A stretch of 61,526 nucleotides of DNA, the filler included, from Chiloscyllium plagiosum (lineage: Eukaryota), in NCBI RefSeq assembly GCF_004010195.1. It is 3 parts of one record of this genome, joined end to end, with 100 filler letters (N's around TTAATTAATTAA, not from the genome) between each part and the next. Parts side by side here need not be neighbours in the genome. Positions count along the whole stretch, not along the records: positions 48,517 to 61,526 come from NC_057712.1; 2 more parts are not named here. The stretch is one strand, 5' to 3'. Made by a program: the position numbers and the translations under genes. Below, one piece after another: positions 51,066 to 61,526 of the stretch; the first letter of the stretch is position 1, and each line of letters starts with the position of its first letter. Below the pieces are notes generated by a model. It did not search any database. It was given only the letters and a program-made list of their open reading frames with translations, and was not told where the DNA came from.

Positions 51066-53074
51066 CATTTGAGGATCAGGAAAATGCATTCAATCTTTAG
51101 AAGAATAGATTTATAGAAATTTATTCCCTTTCCAAAGGGTAATAAGCCTGTGGAATTAAATCTTAGTTGGTTTGATGAGCACTGATTTTCTATTGCACCA
51201 CACAGAAGATAGGATCTGTCAAAAACACTTAGTTCATGTAAGTCAGTGGATTGGATTTTGACAGTCTGAGGGGGTTGTGGAGGAAATTTCTACAGTATAT
51301 TTTCCCTCAGTTTTTTCTCTTATTCATCTGCTTTCATACAACATTCCATATTTAAATGAGGGAATTAAAGGAAGTGTCACGTCATGATACCCCAGTTAGC
51401 ATGAATGTGGGACAGGTTTACTGGACCAGATTTAATGATCTTTCCTAACATTCTTTTTAACTGCTCACAATGACCAAAACCCAGCAGTATTCTGATGAAA
51501 ATAATTTTAAAAACTGATAATTCTGAAAATTAATTCAGTGGTGGTCTGACCAAGACATTCTAGCCCAAGCTTCTCTTCTGTTGCTGAATGACCTATTATG
51601 TGCATCCAGCATTTCGTGTCATTATTCCAGCAGCATTCACCAGCCAAAAAAGACAACGGGATGCACAAAGTGCTCAATGTGGGAATTACTTTAATACTCT
51701 GTCAGTCTTAGGTTCCAGCTTCACATTCCATTTTATGAACAAGGTACATCATCTACCTAGAAGGAGGAAGGGAGACAAACTAGACTGGGGAAATGGAGTA
51801 CAACATTGACCAATTTAGAGCTACAAATATAAGGAGAAGGATTTGCAATTTGTAAATCAGTAGTCAAAAAGAATGATGTAACTGTTGCCTGCAAATTAAC
51901 TAAAGCATCACATCAATAAATACCAGACTGAGAAATCAAAATTCTGAATCATATCATCAGCTATGTTATTTTTTCTAACAAATAACATCTCAGGAAAATC
52001 TGTTTCATTAAAGAGTGCCAGGTGTTAGTCTTCCTGTGAAGTACCTCCACCCTTTGATTCTGTCTCACTCTCAGCAATGGCAGACTTTCTGGTTCAAGTC
52101 CACAGCAAACAACATCTGTTCCTTAGAAGGTTGAACACATTAAAAGTTCTTGCTGTTAAAAAAAGAATACTTCTGATTTTTTTTTGTTGTAACAGTACAA
52201 TGTCCTGTCTACTTTGTTTATTTTTTGAGTAGATCACATTGTGGTTTTTGAACTTTATTCAAATGTATTTTTATCCACCTTTTCCTTCCAATAGCCTCCC
52301 AAGTTCTGTGCCTTGAACTCCGGCTGAGAGAGTGACCAGGCGAAGACAAATGTATTCACAGTTTCTGGCGAAGTCACTTTATGGGCAATCTGTAAAGGTA
52401 ACTGAGGTCCTGCCTAAACTGGAAGATTTCCAACCTCCTGCTGAATTCTCCGTCCCTGTTCATTCACTGGGAACTTTGCTTCAGTTTAGAACCATGTCTG
52501 GCGATCTGGCCAATGCTAACACCTCCTGCAAAAAGCCCAATTGATAGGCTCAGATGTTTATTCAGAATCCCCTGTCTAAGGTAAGCGCTATTAACACACA
52601 ATGGTCAAAGTTTTACTTGTGGCTCAGTGAGTGGACAGTCCATCCAATCATTGAAGCTCGGAGGATGAGGCAGTTATAACAGCAAGACTACCACATGGTC
52701 TTCTCCAACTTCCCAATTAGAAGAGCTGGAAAGTGACAGACTGGTCATGAAAATTGAGTGGCTCAGATGCCAACTCCAAGGAAAATCCGAACCAATTTCC
52801 CACACAGGGGACATGGATGAGAGTGCCTCAGCAGGGAACAGGATTGCTTGGGTTTATGAGCGGGACATGATGTGGGGTGGTGCAGAAGAGGTGGGGGAGG
52901 CTGAGTTGTAACACCATACTCCCTTGTGGGGTCTTGATCCCACCTTTCTCACCTGCTCAAGCACCTGTTGAAAATGTCTGTCAAACTGCACTGATATCAG
53001 TGGAGCCTGATCTGCACAGTTGGGTTTGAATGCTCTGTTTAAGTGGCTGAGTGAGTTATTGCGGTATATCTCAT

Positions 53075-54170
53075 TAATGGTACACACTGCTATTACTCAG
53101 CATTGTTGGTGGAGGGAGTAAATGTGTGAAGTAAATCAAGTGGTCTGCTTTGTCCTGGATGCTGTCAAGCTTCTTTAGCATTGTTGGACCTTCATTCAAC
53201 TGAATCAGTGGAGAATATTCCATCACCTGTGCCTTATAGATGGAGACAGGAGGTGAGTTACTTACCACAGAATTCCTAATCTCTGACTTGTTCTTGTAGC
53301 TTATATAGCTGATTCAGTTCAGATCATATTAATGATAACCCCCCCGGATATTAATGGTAGGGAATTCAGCAAGGGTATTACCATTGAATGTCAAGTGGTG
53401 ATGATTAGATCCTCTCTTTTTTGAGCTAGACATTGGCTGGCACTTGTGTGATGTGAATATTACTTGCCACTTAACTACTTAAGCCTGTAATGTGTCCATG
53501 TTTTACTGCATTTAGCTGCTTCAGTTTCTGAAGGGTTATAAATAGTTCTGAATATGGTGCCATCATCAATGACTATCTCACCTCTAACCTTCTGACTGAG
53601 AAAAGGTCATTGATGAAGCAGTTGAGGATGCTGGAGTTAGGACACTCCCCTGAGGAATTCTTGCCGGGACACACTGGGACTGAAATGATTGGCCTCCAGC
53701 AACTACAATCATCTTCCTTTATGCTAAACATAACTCCAATCTCATTGACTCCAGTTTGGCAAGGCCTCCTCAATGTTACACTCAGTCAAATGTGGCATTA
53801 ATACCAAGGACAGTTACTCCCACCTCCAGAGTTAGCTTTTTTGTCCATGCTTGGACCAAGGTTGAAATTAAGTCAGTAACCGGAGAGGCCCTGGCAGAAC
53901 CTAAACTGTTCGATAAATTGATGAGCATGTGCCTCTTGTTGGCACCATTGTCAACTTTGCTAATAATCGAAAGTAGATTGATAAGCTAGTACTTGGCCAA
54001 GTTGGGTTTGCCCTGCATTTTGTGGACAGGAAATACATAAGCAATTTTCAACATTGCTGAGTCGATATCAAAACATAGCTGCATTGGAACAAATTTGCTA
54101 GGAGTATGGCTAGATCTGGAACACAAGTCTTCAGTACTGTTGCCAGAAAGTTCCAAGAGTCAATTGCCTA
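53075..54170 (-). mobile_element. L2/CR1-group LINE RT fragment
   Basis: ORFs 53074-53268 (YKAQVMEYSPL...LKKLDSIQDKA) and 53573-53773 (CFINDL). Confidence 0.8.
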
Positions 54171-54204
54171 TACAGTAACGTGTGCTATCCACTATTTCTG
54201 GACA

Positions 54205-55150
54205 TCATAGGAAGTTATTTGTGGTTGTTGGAGGTTTGTCATCTCAGCTCCAGGACATCTCTGTGGGAGTTCCTCCACATAGTGTCCTAGGCCCAAACAT
54301 CTTCAGCTGCTGTACCAATGTCCTTGCCTCCATCATAATGTCAGAAATGTGTTTGCTGATGATTGAACAATGTTTAGCACCATTCACAACTGTTCAGAGA
54401 TGAACAGTCTCATATTCAAATATAACAAGATTTGAACAATACCCAGGCTTGAGCTGACAGGTGGCCAGTAACATTTGCAAAACATAATTGCCAAGTAATG
54501 ACCATCTCCAATAAGAGACAATCTAATCACCACCTCTTGACATTCAATGGTATTAACAACACTGAATCCCCCATCTATCCCCCATGCTGCAAGAGCAGGT
54601 CAGAAGCTAAGAACACTGAGGCAAGTAACTCACCTCTGCACCATCTGCAAAGCACAAGTCAGAAGTGTGATAGAATACTCCCCACTTGCTTGGATGGGTG
54701 CAGCTCCAACAACACTCAAAAAGCTTGACACCATCCAGGACACAACAGCCCATTTGATTGGCATCACATCCACAAGCATCCATTCTTTCCACCACCAACA
54801 TTCAGCTACAGCAATCTGCAATGTCCACAAGATGTACTACAGAAGATCGTTAGACAGTACCTTCCAAATCCACTACTAATTCCATCTGGATGGGCAAGGG
54901 TGGCAGAATTATAAAAACTTCACCACCTAGAGCTTTCCCTCTAAGCCTGACTTGAAATATCTCATTATTCCTTCACTGTCACTCAGGTAAAGTGCTGGAA
55001 TTCACTCCCTGAATGCATTGTAAGTCAACCTATAGCACCTAGACTGTAGCCATTTAAGAAGGTAGCTCACCACCACCTTCTCAAGGGCAACTGGGAGGGG
55101 CAGGAAATGCTGGTCAGCTAGCAATGCCCGCATCCCACGAGCGGATTTTT
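54205..55150 (+). mobile_element. L2/CR1-group LINE RT-3' fragment
   Basis: ORFs 54182-54403 (GVPPHSVLGPNIFSC) and 54547-54879 (KAQVRSVIEYSPLAWMGAAPTTLKKLDTIQD). Confidence 0.85.
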
Positions 55151-57789
55151 AAAATATTCAAGCAGAATAAATCAAATTAGCTAATGACTAGCATCTATGA
55201 TGTTGTATCCTCAGAATGAGACTGAAATAGACCTTTCGCATAACACTTCTGGCTGAAGAAGGATTATAAATGTTTCAGCTTTGTCCTTGCATGGATGGTT
55301 GGGCTCTCACATCATTTGAGGATAGGAATAACTGTAGACCCTCCTCTGCAATAACTAGCTTAACCATAATCCACCAGTGGGAGCTGACTAGAAGATATGA
55401 CATGTTGACATCTATAGTATCTGAAAACATGACACAGATAAGGACAGTCATTTTCCTTCCCAGATTAAAAGGAACCTGAATCTGTAATTGAAGTATTATA
55501 ATCTGTAAGGCTACAGACCAGATGCTGGTAAGTGGGATTAAAATGGACAGCTATATAATTAATGCAGATATCATGACTTCTTTCTGTGCTATAATATTCC
55601 TGTCATGCCCTTCCGAAGGAACCAGGTAAGTTTTTAACGGCAGCCTTTTTGTGGTCATCACTAAATTCACATTTAATTTGAGATGTTATTAATTAAATTC
55701 ATTTTTCATAATCTATCTTTGAATTTATATCCCCAGAACATTAAGCTTGCTGCATAGTATTATTAATTCAATGACATTATCACTATGCTAATACCTCCCT
55801 CCGATATAGAATAGTGCATGTCCTTGTTGCTTGCAATTTGAAATTGCAGCCAGTCATTTCAGGGCCGGAACAGAATGCTTAAGTCATTGCTTTATTTTCA
55901 CTGCCCCCTGAAGCTGATTCTCAACAATCAGAGAGAGTTAAAATAAATCTCACAGTAATTTTTTCAAAGTTAATTTCCAGTATCATCCCAGACAAGGTAG
56001 CAATTGTTGACAACATCTAGTTTCCCTTTGGAACATGAAGACCAATTCTTATGCAGTTGACACTTTTTTAAAAGTAAAGGCTTTGGAGTCTTGATATTGA
56101 AAATTCATGTGATTTTAATTAGTTAAGAAAAGTTGAAATGTGAGATAGTCAAATCTGGAAAACACATTACCTTCTAATCTGATTGGCTCTGTTGTTTCCA
56201 GTTTGGCCAGAAGCTTAATAAGCTTGAAGTCACTTAATCTGCCCATCTTCAGTGTCTTTTGCAACTTTGCTTCTGTTTCATGGAAGTTACCAGAGGAAAG
56301 TACAAAATATGTTATGTCACTAAAGTGAGGATTTATTGTCTGAAGGCAATGCAACACAATGTCATCACAATAATCAATGCATCTAAAAGGTCTTTTGATC
56401 ACATTAAAGGTTTTCATCTGTAATTGAGTAAAACAATGCATCATATTATATTCCTTTTCTTTTGGACGACTGACATCTTAAATCAAACCCATCTCTAATG
56501 TGATGTGTACAGCCATATCCTTAGGAAAATTGCATCAAAGCTCCCTCATAAGGTCTTCCAAATAGTCTTTGATTATCCACAAGCCAGCCTGCACTCAGTT
56601 GGCTTATTGTAAAATTCCTTTGGTTGGTGTTAATCCAGGCAAATGTAAGTTTCCTGCCATGACTCAAAAAACTTGGCAATTGGATCGGCAACTCTGCACT
56701 CAGAGCCTTAATAGAGTGATACCATTCAAACTTCCAATAAATGGTTTCATTCTCTGAGGACTCATTATTATCCAGTTGATTTTGCCCAGGTCAAGCAGGA
56801 AAGCCAATTACAGCAACAGCAAAAACAAACCCAAGCAAATCAGACTTGGTTGCTTCAACTGAAGAGTCATAAGGATATTTTTTTTTTGTTATTGGCTAAC
56901 CCATGTCCTGCTCTTGGAATGTTTAAGGTAAATATTAATTAAACATAGGAACTTCTCTGTCATAAGTTAAATTGATGAGAATTGCGAATTTCGTTACGCT
57001 GCTGTTGATGATGGGAGGCAAGGGGGGATTCCTTCTCCTTTGTGGAGTGCATGGTACATAAGCTAAAAATGATCCTTCTCCTGTGAAGAGATTATTATCT
57101 GAGGCAAACTGAAACAATGGCATAAAATGCTGGAAGCAAACAACTGGGTCTTTCTGCAATTGTGGAAAAGACAAAAAAACAAGTTTTGAGTTGTGAGCCT
57201 TTGTCAAACTGCACAAGTGGAAGAACTAACATCATTCGAACAGGAATAGAACAAAACACAAGTGAGGAAAAGAGGGAACTTTAGGCAAAAGTTGTTTGTC
57301 ATGAGGTGCTGGCTCTTGATAGACTAAAAGGAGTTCAAAATAAATAAATCGGAAGGGTCACATGGCATTTACCCACACATTATACGATACAGGACTGTAA
57401 GGAGATATTTGATGATTACAAGGAAAGAGTCAATAGACGCCTGGTAGAAACAAAAGTCTGGCAAACGGCTCATTTGGTATTGTCATCCCGAGGAAACAGA
57501 ACTCTGATTTATTTTGGGACACACTGAATTTTTAGACAAGACGTGTTTCTTTCTCTTAAAAGAAAGACTGCAGCCAGACCAGATAACGTAACTTCTGAGA
57601 ATGGAATTCACAGACTGCAGAAAGAATCCTTGTGTGAACGCCGGGAATGTCACACCTTATGGGGTGCCAAGCAAGCTACAGAGAAAGGGAGACTTCAAAA
57701 GGCAGAAGTGCATCAGCGCTCTACAGGAAAACATTTCCTGTGGGTGTGTATCCCAGACATGAATTGAAAGATATGTTTGTATTTCACCA

Positions 57790-57960
57790 ACAACAAAAAC
57801 AGAAATTGCTGGAAAAGCTCAGCACGTCTGGCAGCATCTGTGGTGAGAAATGCTTCCTCAGACCTGAAATGTTAACTCTGATTTCTCTCCACAGATATTG
57901 CCAAACCTGCTGAGCTTTTGTAGCAATTGTTGTTTCTGTTTCTGATTTAAAGCATTTTGA
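57790..57960. mobile_element. Penelope pLTR foldback pair (older)
   Basis: aattgctggaaaagctcagcacgtctggcagcatctgtgg pairs imperfectly with ccacagatattgccaaacctgctgagcttttgtagcaatt. Confidence 0.75.
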
Positions 57961-60674
57961 GTTTTAATTTGTATTTTACCTTTCTAGGATTATACAAAAA
58001 AGGGGATTAAAACCAATTGTAACCCTTTGCCTGTGTGCATTAGTGGGCTGAAGTGCTAGTGTGGATTAGTGCATTGTAAAGGTCACAGTTTAAGGACAGC
58101 CATTGGTTACAATTGTACTGTAAATTTTTTTAAAAGCTCACCAGATACCAGTCGCCATTTAAAAGAAAACAGGTCAAAGAATTTCAGCTAACCTGCAAAG
58201 TGAAAAATTTGAAAGCTGACTGTTCAACAATTAATATCATTGCTACTGGTGTCAACCCAAAATAACTGCCACAAAGTTCTTCCATCTTCATGAAAAGAAC
58301 AGTCTGACCCATTTAATTTTTATGTACTTAGGACTCCAGATCTCTAATGCGTGCTGTGTTCTTACCTCTTCTCATGTTTACTAGCTAATAAACAGACATT
58401 TTCTTTAATTTTCAAAAGCCGGGTTAAATTGGTTCCTTGTAATGCAAATACATTTGACCTGAGAGAGAGGTATCCACAAAGGAAGGGATCCTTTTTAATT
58501 AATATTGTTGTGACCAACTGAGAGAGCAGCTGAAAGACAAGGGATGACACATAACCTCCCCAACTAGGAGCTTAACAGTTTGGGGTATCCCATCTGGAAC
58601 CAGAATGAATTTTAGAACCTAGCCAAGGACTAGTTGTAGCAGCATTTATCTTCATCATAATGTGAAAGTAGGCACAGTCAAACACAAACCTATTAGAATT
58701 ATTCAGATTCCTTGTAAAATAAAAAAATGAATGTTCAGAAAACTGGAGATTTATGTGTATATCAACATTTCTCGTCACAATACAACATTAATCAACACGG
58801 CTCACAATGAATACAATCTTGATTGATCAACACCTTTGATTTTTTTGAAGAGACAACTCAAAGCAACCATTATGTGTTTAAACTTCCCAAGATATTTGTT
58901 GAATTTCCGTACAAATGATTCAGACTTCAGCTAGTTGTGTTTCAACACACTTGGAAAAGGATAAAGCAATGGCTGAAAAATAGAAGACAGGTTCTGGTGA
59001 AAAGGGTTATGTCTGAATAAATGGTGTAAGCCGCTCCTGTTTTTAATCTGCATGAATAATTAGATTCTAAAACTCAAATGTTGCTACATCGTATCAGACT
59101 AGGAGGAGGATGCAGAACTGAAGGAGCTAACACAGAAATAAAACAAAATGAACAAATGGGTCTAATGAATGATGTATGAAAGTTAATGCATGTGATTGTA
59201 AAGTTTTAAAAAAGAGAGAAATTTCAGCAATACATGCAGAGTATGAATGCAGCAGGACAGCTGAGGGTGATGGTTAAAAAAAATCTAGATGTTAAAGTAG
59301 ACTGAATTTTTAACATGGATAATTCCCATTCTCATGCTCCAGGCGATAAATTGACTGAGCAGTCACCAACCTGCTAACGAAACTACACAATTAAATAAAA
59401 CTAATGGGGCAGGTTCTAGAATGGGTGGGCAATCCATCTGACCTGTGTATAGCCCAATAAAGATGAAAGTGAATGCAGCCAATGCAGAGCAAATGTCAAC
59501 CACATCAATGGGATGTGGATGTTTCACAGCTGGAACTATAGAATGCAAGTCAATGGAATTCATTACAAACAGCATCGTGCCCTAGTCAAACAACAGCCAG
59601 GGGGTATTTTGATGTTATGCAATTGTGTGAAGCAGTGATCAGAGAGTCAACAGGTCATTTTATACAGCTCTCCATTTTCATTTTTATTTTCAATGAAATC
59701 AGAGGAAGTGAAGATAATGAGGAATATAAAATAAATTTCCACTTTAATACTTAACGCTAATGCTGAAAGTAGATATTTACAGCTATGTCCCCACTGTGAG
59801 GATTATATGGAATTTCAATCATTGAGAAACAAGGGATACAATGAAATCCTTAAAATAATGCAGCGAAGAGCCAGAAAAGGTAGATTACTGGAGCCAGTGG
59901 TCTGATTTGGTTGTTGAAATATCAAGAAAATGTCTGGTCAGTATGATAGAATTTTACAGCCTCTCTCAGGGCATGTTTGGAGCTGAGAAAGAGACTTAAT
60001 TAGGCAAGATCACAGAGAAACTGAAATCATTACTTTCCCATCACTAATGCCAATGCTGAAAGTAGATATTTATAGCTATGTCCCCCCCAAATGAAACCAG
60101 AGGTGGGAAAGTTCATGGTCAGTCTTCCCCACCCCCTAATTCCCTAATCCTTTTCATTAACTGAGGCCCTTATGGGCAACTAAGGAACACTTCAGGGTTC
60201 CATCCCAGCACCAATGATGAGTGAGCCTGTTACATGTGGTGGTGATGATTGTGAAGTCTGTGTTCTCCCCTCAGTGAAATCTGTGAAATCCCTCATGGCA
60301 TGATCAACGTGTGCAACATCAGGAAAGTGAGGGCCTGCTGAGTGCACTCCTTCTTTCCCTTATTGCCAAACCTTCAATTCCCTTTTCACCTTGACCTCCA
60401 CTTTGAAAACTTCCTCCTGCCATTACTTACTTGTGGCCTGAGCCACTCCCTGATCCTGAGCCTCCAGTCTCCTTCTGGCAGCAGCCATGACTTGTCCAGT
60501 TCCCAGCCAAAAGAACTGCCAGCCCCTGGTTGGCCAGTAGATCTTAGTACACAGGGTTTCCAACCCAGGGTTTTGGATTCCAGGAAAGTCCTAGTGCTGG
60601 AAATGTTTGTATAACTCTTAATATAGGCCAACGTAACCCCTGTACTTCCATAAATCAAACCCAATGTTTCTTAT

Positions 60675-61526
60675 GAGTGGGTGTTCAGATAAGTGAGGTA
60701 TGGATGCTAGGGCAGTTGCTTGCTCCTCCTGCAGAATTGGAGCTGGAGCTGGATGAACTACGGATCATTCGGGAGGCTGAGGGGGTAATTGAGAGAAGTT
60801 ACCGGGAGTTGGTCACTCCTAAGGCTCAGGACAAGGATAGATGGGTTACAGTTAGGGGGAGGAAAGGGGACAGACAGACAGTGCAGAGATCCCCTGTGGA
60901 CATTCCCCTCAGCAATAAGTATACCGTTTTGGATCCTGCGGGGGGGGGGGGGGTGGAAATGACCTACCAGAGGAAAGCCATGGTAGTCAGTTCTCTGGCA
61001 CTGAGCCTGACACTGTGGCAAAGAAGGGAAGGGGGCAGAATAGAAAAGTACTCGTGGTAGGGGACTCGATAGTGAGGGGAATCGACAGGAGATTTTGTGG
61101 TCAGGATCGGGATTCCCGGAAGATATGTTGCCTCCCTGGTGCCAGGGTCCGGGACGTCTCCGATCAGGTGTATAAGATTCTAAAAGGGGAGGGCGGACAG
61201 CCAGAAATTGTGTTACATATTGGCACCAATGATATAGCCAGGAAAAAGATCGAGGATATAAGAAGTGATTTCAGGCAGTTAGGATGGAAGCTGCAAAGCA
61301 GGACGAACAAAGTAGTGTTCTCTAGTTTACTACCGGTGCCACGAGATAGCGAGGCGAGGAACAGGGAGCGGGCGCAGCTTAATACATGGCTGCGCAGCTG
61401 GTGTAGGAGGGAGGGCTTCAGGTATGTAGATAATTGGGAAGCCTTCTGGGAAAGGTGGGACCTGTACAAGAAGGACGGGTTGCATCCGAACTGGAAGGGG
61501 ACCAATGTCCTGGGTGGAAGGTTTGC
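60675..61526 (+). mobile_element. Young CR1 LINE ORF1 (SGNH esterase), running off the window end
   Basis: ATG 60700 MDARAVACSSCR, then a deletion to ELELELDELR..., then a G14 run (60940-60953) frameshift. A stop-free frame from 60961 to the end has VVGDSIVRG, HIGTND and DGLHPN. CpG-rich. Confidence 0.93.

Noticed and set aside
56115..56444. 109-aa minus-strand ORF (and similar 60-110 aa ORFs in AT-rich regions)
   Set aside because: No recognisable homology; lengths are compatible with chance.

Overview
This window is eukaryotic, repeat-rich, apparently non-genic DNA from a cartilaginous fish. HE1 V-SINEs, a DeuSINE, CR1 LINEs and Penelope families point to a shark, possibly a carpet/bamboo shark; the taxon is inferred from repeat families only. 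It consists of three contigs (1-22281, 22382-48416, 48517-61526) joined by an artificial 100-nt linker, N44-TTAATTAATTAA-N44. I recognise no host protein-coding gene, and all interpretable ORFs are decayed transposon ORFs or repeat-derived frames. Contents: a near full-length CR1 LINE nested in an oppositely oriented CR1, many CR1, Rex1/Babar and L2/CR1-group fragments, three HE1 SINEs, PIF/Harbinger remnants, and Penelope-like RT fragments. The signals most worth following up are: (1) Penelope-derived short inserts carrying minimal type I hammerhead ribozyme cores, several as foldback pairs; (2) a ~78-copy 24-bp minisatellite made of alternating inverted 5-mers, with long open frames on both strands; (3) an in-place inversion inside a Harbinger transposase and a twin-priming-like inversion in a CR1; (4) a perfect CTCF consensus site. 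I found no convincing wholly new biological system. Boundaries of old repeats are approximate (tens of bp) and family names come from motif recognition, not database searches.
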